DNA of 64,000 nucleotides, from the NCBI GenBank assembly GCA_051362555.1, contig CM120643.1:14854644-14918643 (forward strand), read 5' to 3'. The DNA is from Lingula anatina. Lineage: Eukaryota; Animalia; Brachiopoda. A program made the translations under genes and the position numbers. The first letter of the stretch is position 1; every line of letters begins with the position of its first letter. Below the pieces are notes generated by a model. The model worked only from the letters and a program-made list of their open reading frames with translations, did no database searches and was not told the origin of the DNA. Below, piece by piece: positions 40,050 to 51,250 of the stretch.

Positions 40050-40629
40050 CAGTAAATATCAATGAGCTCGCTCAGTGGCTCATCCAAGAAGAGTAATAAA
40101 GGCGTTATGAAGCTTGTGTGGTTTCGAAAGGTGGATACACAATATACTGAAAAGACAGCTGTGAATTTAAATTTTGATCCCCTTTCCTTTATATGCTCAC
40201 TTGCATAATTAAAGGGCCTACTTGATAACTAAGTCCAAACACAATGCACAAGAAATCTAGAAAGCGATTGTTGACAGTTATTTTTTTAAGTTTCAAGTAA
40301 TTTAACAGTAAACGTAACTGCTTTTCTTAGTGTTTCCTAATTTCTTTTGAGCAGTGTATTTTAATAAAACACATTACGTGCAACGTGAGTCTCTACAAAT
40401 ATTAACTTGATACATCGTATTCTGCAGAAATATATATACGGAAATAGTTAATTACACAAAAAGTTGGAAGGAAACATTTTTGTCGCTTAAATTATCACAC
40501 ACGAGAACAACACGTTAATCACTAAGATGCCTACATGGAGCCATGTACTAGGTTGTAATAGGCTTAGAGAATCAACCAATACAATGAATTCCTAATGTAT
40601 AATCAGTCATGCCATACAGTGTATTACGG

Positions 40630-40637
40630 TATAAATA
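40630..40637 (+). promoter_or_regulatory. Candidate TATA box of the + strand GPCR
   Basis: TATAAATA ~90 nt upstream of the ATG, in a 'catgccata...aa.cacg' context that is echoed upstream of the - strand paralogue (~54880-54910). Confidence 0.3.
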
Positions 40638-40718
40638 AAACACGCCTTTCCTTTCTTCTGTGCACTTGAAAAGTTCTTCTTCTTCTTCTTCTACTTCTTC
40701 TCATCTAAAGCTGGAGTC

Positions 40719-42155
40719 ATGGTGTTTTTCATTTTTCCTGTTTGCATCTTGCAACTGACATTTTTTCAGATAAAGAATTTGTTTGGTGAGAACCCTATTT
40801 CGCGGCGAGTGGGTAATATTCAAGTCCTTTCAGGATGTCATTTAAATCTTACAAGGCAATTGTACCACCAGATGACATTAACATCTGGATTACCAATTGG
40901 CGCAAGGGAAGTCGCACTGAAAATGATGGGCTCATCGTGTCTTTTGAATTACACCACTATGTTGGACACGGGACGTGGGGTTATTATAATAACAGGAGTT
41001 GAAGGAGAAAATTGCACTCAGCTGAAAAAAATTGCAAAAAGAAGCACTTTTGTTGACTTCAGGAAAACGGTCGACGGCTTGATACTAGCAGGCCAAGAGC
41101 GCATATCTCAAATCGTCCACGATACCGATAATGAATGGAAAAGTCTTTCAGGCGATCACTGGAACCTAACACAAGGTAATAACTACACGGCTGACTATAC
41201 AGAAAACAAGCGTGTGTGTATCAAAGCGTCACCCAAGAAACAACATTTAAACGTTAAACTTGACGGTTATTCATCAGTTTTGAAAACGGTTTACGAAGAC
41301 CAATATTTCTTTTGCTCACCAAGTGTTTCAAGCCGACTGACGGACAGTTTTCGAATGGCTGACTCTCTGTTCTCCAATAGCACATATTCTGAATATTGCG
41401 GGATCGTGAAATTGCCGAAAGTGCTTTTCACGGCCATGGTGCTGTACGGGGTGAATGAAGAAGAGTGCCTGGCCGGAAATACACTAGGCAATGAAGAAAC
41501 CAGCAATAAGTTGTATCTTTGCATACGGCAAAATTTATCAGAGCGTTTAAGTAGTAACCACGAATCAGGTCACCTCTGTCCATTCCGACCCAGTGTACTT
41601 CCGGGGGAGGTTTTAAACAACACGTGGGAAGTAGCAAAGCGCGTGTGCCCAATGGATGTCGATGACACCAATGGGCGTATCCTGGAAATGGTTGTAAAAA
41701 GTGATCCCCTTGAGTGTTTAATCTGGTTGTCCAGCGGTTCAACTTTGAAGATAAAAAAGATTATGGCAGCTTTAAGAGTATATTTATATGCTGTTTATGC
41801 TCTCAGTCCGTTGTCCTTTTTGAGCAACATTATCCTCGTCGTTGTTGTTGTAAACGGTGAAAAAAGACTCAAAGGAAAGTCAGAAACCAAGTCATTCCTG
41901 ACCTGCACCCTTGGCATAGCACACTGCCTTAGGGCGTTGAATGAGTTAGTGATTGCAATAGTGACCCAATCAAGCCAGACAGAAAATTTCGTCGGAATTA
42001 CGGTTGCCGTTTGCAACGTGCTGTCCAGTACAAACATATTCACCTCAGACTGGGCCGCAGTTCTCATCTTCACCATAACACTTGACAGGTTTCTTTTCGT
42101 CTGTTTCCCGTTTAAAACCAATTACATATGCTCCAGAAAAATTCTGTTCAGATCG
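40719..42155 (+). CDS. Orphan class A (rhodopsin-like, peptide/FMRFamide-receptor-like) GPCR paralogue A, exon 1: signal peptide, Cys-rich ectodomain, TM1-TM3
   Basis: 479-codon open frame with a hydrophobic N-terminus and many NxS/T sites. TM1 ...SNIILVVVVV, TM2 LGIAHCL, TM3 C...TLDRFLFVCFPF. GTAAGT donor at 42156 (phase 0). Full-length paralogue on the - strand. Confidence 0.9.
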
Positions 42156-42550
42156 GTAAGTTTTAGAGACTTGATGTAATGAAAGGTACAATTCGCGGCT
42201 CCTCAAATACCTTCGATATTTTTACTTTCTTTTTGTACGACTACCCTTAAATATCACGTAATACATCCTTAGATTAATGGATTTGCCAACTTTGCTTAAT
42301 AATTGCATTCATTATCATTACGATAAGACAATTAAGACAACGACAAGATGGGATAAATCAAAACAAAGACCAGTGATTAATCATAATCATAGGGTTATAG
42401 TATGTCCAAAAGTCGTTTTCAAGCTCTGAGATCCTTGATTATACATGTATACACTGGAGAATTCAGTATTAATCTAGACCACACAATGATAAAAACAATT
42501 CAAATAGCAGATAAAAACAATTAACCGTAATGTCTTGTTTTGCTAGTTAA

Positions 42551-42664
42551 AGGGATAATAACTCTTCGTTTTGACCAAAAAATGACTTTTCCTGGAGTAA
42601 ACAACAATTTTCCCATACTTACCAATGGTTAATAAATCCATTTTTACATTCAAAGTTAGTCCCT

Positions 42665-42717
<53 letters not shown>

Positions 42718-42916
42718 CTAAAAAGTTTTTTTATTATAATCTCTTAAGAGATTATAACAGAGTATAGCCATCAATGGAGGTCACGTGGTCTAAGGACAAG
42801 CTCAGATATCAGAATAATAGCTATCACTGCCATTTTATGGTGTATTATATTTCAATGAGTTGTTCACAATGTTTTTATTGTGAAATATAGATCTCACACG
42901 AAGAGTTATTATCCCT
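42551..42916. mobile_element. TTAA-flanked (Kolobok-like) MITE in the intron of GPCR paralogue A
   Basis: Perfect TIR AGGGATAATAACTCTTCG, TTAA on both sides, central palindrome ttataatctcttaagagattataa, expanded poly-T. Confidence 0.88.
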
Positions 42917-43118
42917 TTAAACTTAAGAGACAAGGAGTGCGGATACTCCCAAAGCGAGGTGGAGCGTGTCCAATGTTACCACTTAGATATGCCTTTAATA
43001 AACACTGCATGATGTCTTCCTATGTTTATCAGCTACCATAATCTTATATTGATAGAAAACGTAACCTTCCTTATATTATAAACCAGTATCTGAAACTGAA
43101 ACTTTTTCATTTACGCAG

Positions 43119-43646
43119 ATGGTTTTTGTCGCAGCAGCAGCATCTGGAGCCGTGGCCCTTGCAAGCTTAACCTACACCGACGCCCCGTGTGTCTTAGTCC
43201 TTGATGAATACAATGAATGGCAAAGGCGTTTGAGGATTATAACAGCAATACGCATCACCGGAAGAGCCATGATGTTACTCACCATTACCGTAATGAACTT
43301 CAAGATAATACGTTTAATCTGGTTCCAAAGAAAATGTCGAAAAGAACTCACATCTGGAAGAGGGGGTGAAAAAAAGGCAAAAGAAATAATAAGCACTCTG
43401 TCTTTGTTGGCTTCGTCTGTTTGTTTTCTGATTATGTGCACGGCAACTGTCATTAGTATGGTTGTAATGCAATATGCAGAGGGCGACAAAATCCATTATT
43501 TTGTGAACTTTCTCTTTTATAGTGGTAGAATTGGCGAGTTGTCGTACCATGCTTTCAATTTACTTGTTTTTCTGATAAGTGGTTCAGAATTTAGATCACA
43601 GTTCAAGGAGTTATTCAGTCGAAGCGCAGCCAATGCACGAACCTAA
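43119..43646 (+). CDS. Orphan GPCR paralogue A, exon 2: TM4-TM7 and helix 8 (total 654 aa)
   Basis: tttacgcag acceptor, phase 0. Four hydrophobic segments, ECL2 Cys, TM5 MNFKII, basic ICL3, TM7/H8 FNLLVFLISGSEFRSQF. TAA stop. Confidence 0.9.
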   Translation: MVFVAAAASGAVALASLTYTDAPCVLVLDEYNEWQRRLRIITAIRITGRAMMLLTITVMNFKIIRLIWFQRKCRKELTSGRGGEKKAKEIISTLSLLASSVCFLIMCTATVISMVVMQYAEGDKIHYFVNFLFYSGRIGELSYHAFNLLVFLISGSEFRSQFKELFSRSAANART

Positions 43647-45486
43647 GGCCTGTTTACACTACACCCAATACGGTACTGCTCAACCTAGGTTAGAAGTCTG
43701 GCTTAAACAAAAGAAGTTCGTCTGTTAAGTCATGCTGTTATATAGTTCTCTAAACTAGCTAACAAGAGTCCATATTTGACCCATATTGTGTTCATTTGGA
43801 TTTCGAAAGTTTCACCGAACATCTTTGTTGTCAAGCTAAGTTCAGATTCCTGAATATTTGGAACTTAGCACCTACTAATTAGTTAAAATGACTATAATCG
43901 TAAGCTTTGGTGGCTAAAAACGTTAGTCATAGTCATGTGATTGAGAAATAAACTGAGGGAATCATGCATCTTCGTTCCCTGTATATCTGTCAGTAGCTAC
44001 TTTTGGTTTTCCTTTCTTCAAAACTTCCATATGGACATGGACTAAAGGTTATCTCTACTCTCTCCACGCTATTGTGTGTCCTTTTTGTAAACAAAATTAA
44101 ATGAAGCTAATTACTATGAATACACATTTACTTTTGTTACATGTATACAGTATATTACTTTATTGCTACATGTATATTACATGTATATATATATATATAG
44201 GTTTGATTAAGGTAAACATGAATATGCTCTCGGGGTAGGAGCTTCTTAGACCTAGGACTGGCTTGAACCAGATAAACTGTGATGTCGTGTGTAGGATGAG
44301 AGACATTGAAAGGCCTAGAGACATTTAATGAGAGCGAGATATTTCCATCATCTTAAACCGTCATTAGGTTTTGCCATTTTCTGTCAGCATTATATCTGTG
44401 TAAATTTGTTATTCAAATACATTGGTTCGAAGAGAATTTCTTCTGTAATTTACAATAGTGATGAAATGCAGAGAACTTATTATGGTCGGATTTTTTTTTT
44501 TTGGGGGGGGGGGGGGGTGGAACAGATGGGAGAGTTAGTTTTCATGAAGTCAGCAGATTATTCTTACTGATAAAGCTGATAAAATGTGTCAATATCTCGC
44601 AGTCCCTAAAATTTTACAGTATTGTTTTATGGAAGCAGCAGTAATGTCTATGTTATGATTACGAGGCTTTGGATGACAAGGGGGTAATAAAGGTATTTAT
44701 AAATCTTTTTAAGGCTCACAAATTCTAACTATAGTTTTAATTGGTTTTACATTATTAGCATAGGTAACTTAAATTCGTGTAGGGGCACACAACTTTTAAA
44801 TGTATATTGTTTGTATTATTCCAGACCACTTTATTAATAAAATAGTTTCAACCTTTAGACATGACTTGTTTATCCTTTGTTTTTCCGTCGACACCAGCTA
44901 TGAATGATTTATCATCACATTTCCACGCCGTGAGTTGGGATAAATACTCTTGACCAGCGTAGGAAGTTGCATGGCGACCCATTATAATTTCTGCACCTGA
45001 CCTATCTTTAAACACCGGCTAGCGAAATAAAAGACAACCGTGCTGTATTCGACATACGGGCACCTCATGTACGAATGCGTTCTACGCCTCGCTGCGCTCT
45101 CCGTAAACGTTAATATAACCTAAAAACATAACGGTATAATTACGCGCTGTGTTTGCTGGGAATGTTAACTGAAAGTTACGGCCGAATTACTGCATATCGA
45201 GTCCAAACTCACATCGTGAATCCTGCATGATTGAAAATCGGGTCGACTTTTTTTTCAATTTCTTTTCAAGTTTTAATACTATGAAGCAGTATCTACTGAA
45301 ATCATGTACCATGCTAAACTTATAATTCTCGATTTTTTTTACTTCAAATTGCAATTTACAATCTTCTATATGAGCAACAAGTAACGTCTTGTACAGAATG
45401 TGAAAATTAAGCATTGAATATTTACTTTCAAAGTGCTGGACAAAACATCTGTAATATTTCAGGACGATATTACGTAGAAGTGGACT

Positions 45487-45740
45487 TAATGAATGGAAAA
45501 GTCTTTCAGGCGATCACTGGAACCTAACACAAGGTAATAACTACACGGCTGACTATACAGAAAACAAGCGTGTGTGTATTAAAGCGTCACCCCGGAGGCA
45601 AAACTTGACGGTTATTCATCAGTTTTGAAAACGGTTTACGAAGACCAATATTTCTATTGCTCACCAAGTGTTTCAAGTCGACTGACGGACAGTTTTCGAA
45701 TTGCTGACTCTCTGTTCTCCAATAGCACATATTCTGAATA
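45487..45740 (+). pseudogene. Duplicated internal fragment of GPCR paralogue A ectodomain exon
   Basis: Near-identical to 41129-41395, except for a few substitutions and a 21-nt to 7-nt replacement (frameshift). Confidence 0.9.
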
Positions 45741-45939
45741 AATAAATATGAACACTTCTATCATTTTCATCTTCATAACATTTTTTTTTTTCATTTTATA
45801 TATACAGATAGAAAGTAATTTCAAATTTCCCAGGGAGGGGGGTTCAATCATTTTTCCTTTGCAACTATTATTTTGAGACATTTTTTTCAGTCGTTATAGT
45901 GGAATATGCAGAGAGTGCACAATCATGGAGCTCATAATT

Positions 45940-46220
45940 TTTTTACCTCCGCCAAGGAGGTTATGTTTTCAACCCTGTTTGTTTGTTTGTCTGTCTGTCA
46001 TCAACACAACTCAAAAAGTTATGGACCGATTTTGCTGAAAATTTCAGAAACTGTCAGAAGTGGGCCAAGGAACAGATGATTAGTTTTTGGTGGTGATCCG
46101 GATCAATAATCAATCAATAATCAATAATCAAAAATATCGAAAATTTAGGGGTGAAACGGCATTGGATGGAGACTTTGTTGCCTTGGCGGAGGTCTGCGCT
46201 CTCTGAGTGCTTTTCAAGTT
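45940..46220 (+). mobile_element. Helentron-associated interspersed element (HINE/DINE-1-like)
   Basis: Subterminal IR acctccgccaagg / ccttggcggaggt, (GTTT)n(GTCT)n microsatellite, 3' stem-loop gcgctctctgagtgc, T-rich ends. Confidence 0.88.
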
Positions 46221-46566
46221 GACGCTTGAAATAGATCATTTTAATTCACAAATTAGTTTATTGTCAGGGATGTTTCTTTCATCACCAAAACACAAAACAT
46301 ACAAAAATATATAACACCTTATCCAAAACCATTGAGAAAAGTGCCATCTATATAAACCTGTTTTAAATTAAATAATATGTTTACTGCTGTATTTCTCAGC
46401 AACATTCAGAGATAGAAACTGGTGCATTTATGGCGAGATGCTAAACAAGCGTTAATCGTTATCGATAACAAATTAGTCCTTAGGGACGTCATTCTTCTTT
46501 AACAATACAAAACATAGCAAGTCAAATTACAAAAGCAAGATGTATAGTATTATGAAAATTTATATG

Positions 46567-47243
46567 AGTAAATTTAAGCTACTAGGAGTAACTCTGACCC
46601 TTGATCTCAAGTGGACAGAACATGTGCAGTTAATTTATTCAAAGTCTTGTGCCAAGCTTTTTTATCTCAGGCAGTTGAAAAGGGCAAATCTGGCCACTGA
46701 GGATCTAATAGTTATATATCAATCGATAATTAGATCAGTCCTAGAATATGCATGTCCTGTGTGGGAGCCTGGTCTTACAGCCGAACAATGTGAATGCTTA
46801 GAATCTGTTCAAAGGAGAGCTCTTAGAATTATTTACCCATTTTATACTTACAAGGATGCCCTACAGGCTAGTAATCTCACCTCTCTGAGGGAGAGAAGAG
46901 ACGTTTTATTTAAGAACTTTTTACAAATATCAAGAATTTTAATAAGCTACACCATCTGTTTAAACAAAAGAACCCAAGAAATCTCAGGGTCAGCAACAAA
47001 TTTTTAATACCAAAAGTGAAAACGGAGCGTTTTAAATCATCTTTTATAATGCACAGTTTTTTAAATTTCATGTAAATTACTGCTTCAAACTGTCTTATAA
47101 GTCTTGTTTTAAAGCTTTGGTCCTTAAGTTTACAATTTTTAGTTAATTTTAAAATACCTTATGATTTTACTATTTAAGACACATTGTAAAACTTCAACCT
47201 TTAGGTTGCGATTTTAGCAAATAAATTATTATTATTATTATTA
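46567..47243 (+). mobile_element. 5'-truncated CR1/L2-group LINE (RT C-terminal part and tail)
   Basis: KLLGV...LKWTEHV...LFYLRQLKR...YQSIIRSVLEYACPVW...LESVQRRALRII, then a frameshift, a 3' UTR, AATAAA and an (ATT)n tail. Confidence 0.9.
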
Positions 47244-47599
47244 AAGCAGCCTTTGGGGTTTTACATCTGTCGGGATTTCACTGCCTTCTTCCAACGACAA
47301 GCAAGCCTTTTGAGCCGATGTTTGTTTAAGTGTTCCAGCACTTTAAAGTTTCAAACATAGATTTAATAATCTCGTGATGAAAAATTATTTGTACCTTCGC
47401 TTGTATCGTCATCAGAATTTGTATGATGTCAATCATTAATAATAAATACTAAGTAGTGTTGGATTTAGATTAATGTATACATTATATACTAGATATATTA
47501 AGGCATATTTAGTATTATTTGGACTTGTCTTCCTTCAAAAAACCTCAAGTTTCGTTTTCATTTTCTAATTTCCATAAATTATCAATCTTTCATCCCAGG

Positions 47600-48710
47600 T
47601 TAAAAAATTGACTGACTTTTCTGAAGGGATACAATCACAACCAGGTACGTTCAAGCACCACCCCAAACGGGCTTTTTGACGCATATAGATCACACTGGCC
47701 GCTTTCATAAACACACAATTCAACAGGCATTATCAGATGCGAATTCTCCATTCCTATGATCAAATCTGCGTGAAAATTCGCCGCAACTTGACACAAATCA
47801 ATGCCCGACAAATGAAGGTGTGAACTAACATCAACCGGTTGATTTGCTCTTACACGAATATTGGGCACAACTAACACACTTGCCTGCGGTGTCATCACTA
47901 GGAGACATAAATCTATACAATAGCTGAATGAATAGTTCTAAAACTATCTAAAGTGTTTAGATGCCATTCTAAGCTCTCACTGGTGTTTAAACCGAGACAG
48001 GAAGCTAATAACTGAGACTTAAAGGTTGAATTCGATCCAGTATCTAATAACAGAAAACAATTAAGACAGAATTAGCATAACGATTAAGACATAAACGATG
48101 TCTTCTTACAAGTTCAAGACGTCTACGAACATCCAGTACCTTAAATTCATTGCATCGAAAAAGTCTTTGCAACGGTCTACACACAACACAAGGAGAAAGC
48201 TTGTTGGTCACACTGGATGGGCAAGGTTGGGACTGATTTGACTGATATCGAGCCGTGCATGAATAGGTCATGGGTTAACCAGTGGCCTTACTAGTACTAC
48301 TCAAAGCATAAACAGATTTGTCTCCATAAACTGGGTCATTGGCAATGCCGGTGTGACAGGAATGGTAGTCCTAGGAATGAAAGTCCGGGGTCCCATATGA
48401 TTAGTAGAGGGTAGGGTTAGTTGGGGTATTGGGGTTAGAATATGGGACGAATGTCACCTGTAAAAAGTAATGGGAAACGGACTACGGTACCTAGCGGACT
48501 TCAATTCCAGTCACACAGGCCATTATCTAGATGAAATCAACAAATTCACAAAGTCTAGATATCTACCCATCACAGTTTTCACTTTCAAAGCTTTCTAACG
48601 CCATTTCTTAGAAATTTTGGATTTACGCCTCTTTAAAAATTTCCAAAATAAACTTTTGATTGTCAACTTCGGGTATCAAACTAATATGGCTACTTAAATT
48701 TAGCTGCAAT
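47600..48710 (-). mobile_element. BEL/Pao LTR retrotransposon relic (gag and post-protease region)
   Basis: Fragments EVDNQKFILEI..KWR, IANDPVYG, the gag knuckle CVVC...LFRCNEFK...RRLELVRRHRLCLN, and DLIIG...YASKSPFG occur in BEL/Pao order, with stops and deletions. Confidence 0.8.
48352..48515. mobile_element. MITE with TGTGAC termini nested in the BEL/Pao relic
   Basis: tgtgacaggaat / attccagtcaca TIRs, flanks CCGG / CAGG, internal gggtagggttag motifs. Removing it restores the in-frame gag peptide IMAGIANDP. Confidence 0.75.
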
Positions 48711-49110
48711 TATGAGGGCCAGGATAAGACGGAAACATCTAAAAGGATAATGTACATGTCATTTTAACGAAATATCGATATAAAGATGATGACTTCAATT
48801 AACTAACATATATCACCTGACCTATTTACTCCCTTAAGGTGACGACGATTTACTTAGGTGACGACGAATTACTTATATCTTCCATATCGATATAAATTAA
48901 CAACTAAATTCACATTTACAAAATGTTCTATAAAGTTACTTTCTTACGTACTGAAGAGAACAACCTGATTGCGTCCAGCACTAGTATGCACTGGCTTATA
49001 TGGCTGCTGCAACTAAAAACTACTCAAATATTCATAAAATGATGATATACGATGATATGCGTTAGTTGTGACTGCGTGACTAAATTGTCGCCGTCAACAA
49101 CAAAGCTGAC

Positions 49111-49689
49111 TAATGCCCCTATTTCACACAGACCACGAATCCCATGAATCGCCAGGAATTGACAAATTTCAGGATTCTTGAGATTTTGCAAATTTTCTGG
49201 CCTAATTCGACACGCTGTACGATTCAGTTACGATACAGGTGCGATATTGTTACGAATATTCGTGGGATTCGGCTGGAATCGCACGAATATTGTCAAAAAT
49301 TCACTACGATTTTTTGGAATCGGGAGTTCGTGGCCAAAATTTTAAACAGCTCAAAATTTTACCACGAATTCCCGATTGATCAAGAATTGCCAGAACTGAC
49401 TACGATTATATACGAATCTGTTAAGGACTTCACGAACTGATTACGACAACCACGAATCCTGAAATTTGTCAATTCCTGGCGATTCGTGGGATTCGTGGTC
49501 TGTGTGAAATAGGGGCATCAAAGTTTTTGCCACGAATTCCTGTTGGTCAAGAATTGCAAGAACTGACTACGAATATATACGAATCTGTTAAGAACTTCAC
49601 GTACTGATTACGATTCAACCACGAATCCTGAAATTTGTCAATTCCTGGCGATTCGTGGGATTCGTGGTCTGTGTGAAATAGGGGCATTA
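49111..49689. mobile_element. Foldback MITE with ~65-bp TIRs (PIF/Harbinger-like) and a tandemly duplicated right arm
   Basis: taa|tgcccctatttcacacagaccacgaatccc ... gggattcgtggtctgtgtgaaataggggca|tta. The right arm occurs twice (ending ~49518 and 49689). Reiterated acgaat motif. Confidence 0.88.
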
Positions 49690-50169
49690 GGCATATTGAT
49701 ATTTTACCCCCTCCCCTCGAATGTTGAGTGCCTACATATAACTAAAACACAACAGGTACCATCGATTTTACAAATTATCTGGTCATATCTGGAGATAGCT
49801 CTTTCAAACTAATGCGTTGGCATCAAGCACTGCTTCACTCGATCTGCCCTGTTTTACATATCATGATTATTTAATGCATGACAAGAAAAGAAAGATAGCG
49901 CATTTGAAAATGGGCACATCTGCCAGCTCTGTGAAGACTGTTTTATTTTTCGTTTAAAAAGTGTTTCCGTGAAACACGTTGCACCCAACCCGAGTTTCGA
50001 ACAACATCGACTCGTGATATCCTGTCATTTTGCTCATAGTTCAACGCGAAAACATTTAAACATGAAAAAGCGGTAGCAATCATTTAGTCGTTCATAATGC
50101 TTTTCAATAAATTATACTGCTTTCTGAGAGTAGGCGCTAAGCCCAAGGTATCGGCCAATCAAGATGACA

Positions 50170-50425
50170 TTCAATTATTCATGTCATTCTCAGAGAACGT
50201 TCATGGTTTTGTCCATTATTTTGTTATCATTCCTTAGTGCACTAAAAACTACTTCGACTAGCAACTCTAAGCTGTGGGGCTCTACATTTTTCATGTTTTT
50301 ATCATGCAACTCTCATTTTAAAGAGCATAATTTGTTTTGTGAGAATCCTATTTCACGGCGTGTGGGGAATATTTAAGTTAAGTCCGTGACGTCAAAGAAT
50401 CTTTGAAATCAATAGGGGCATCGTC
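50170..50425 (+). pseudogene. Decayed 5' fragment of a further GPCR paralogue (upstream region and N-terminus)
   Basis: Encodes NLFCENPISRRVGNI, matching NLFGENPISRRVGNI / NLFSENPVSRRVGNI, then a stop. Start codon lost and signal region frameshifted. Upstream 'gtcattct...ttcatg' resembles the paralogue B upstream region. Confidence 0.75.
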
Positions 50426-51250
50426 AGCACGCAACTAAAAACTTATAATCAAACTGTTATCAGGTGAACACGCGATCTCGTTTAAAATCTGATCATCCAT
50501 TCCAATTGGTCACGATCTACATAGATCTTCGCATACTGTTTTTATAATAGTAATGTTTACTGTGCACGAAATGGCAATCTGAGTAGTCGATCTGAGGCTG
50601 TTTTCTAGGCAATGTCCCAGAAGACGTATTTGATCTGATCATACATAAATTTTGGTCACGATCTACATTTACTGTTTTTTTATATACATAATGACAATGT
50701 TTATTGGGAAAGAAATGGCACTGCTGCAGTCAACAAGAGACAATGGACCCTGCTGTGTACTTTGCAATTTTCCAGGAGAAGACTTGAGTGTTGGACGAGA
50801 GCTTTTATAGGCATAGTTATCTTTCAAGTTATGTGAAAATGTTGAAAACTTTATAATAAACTACAGGGCACAGTATGAATTTCAACAGAACATTTTCAGT
50901 GACAACATGGTTATGGGAATACAATAATTAATAACGCAATAAAGTATATAATCTATAAAGAAATTGATGTTTACAGGAGTACACGCACAGTAATTAAATG
51001 ATCACACACTTAACTCTAACTTAATTCGCATTTTCTTGAACTTTGAGTTCATTTACTGAGTTAAAGTCATTATAGGTAAACAATCGCTTGAAAAACATTG
51101 ATAAAAACAACATGTTTGGTAAATTGTTGGAAACCCAAATAATAAACCGCTGATTATATACATACTCAATAAACCAAATGAATTTCACTTATTGAGGTCA
51201 AACTTCTAATTGCGGTTGAGCAATGCATTATAAGATGCCGCGTTGGTCGT

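Noticed and set aside
41291-43550. Antisense ORFs over GPCR A (and equivalents over GPCR B)
   Set aside because: Shadows of the coding strand. Their similarity between loci simply follows from paralogy.
48405-48440. Telomere-like gggttag motifs
   Set aside because: Only a few imperfect units inside a MITE; not an interstitial telomere array.
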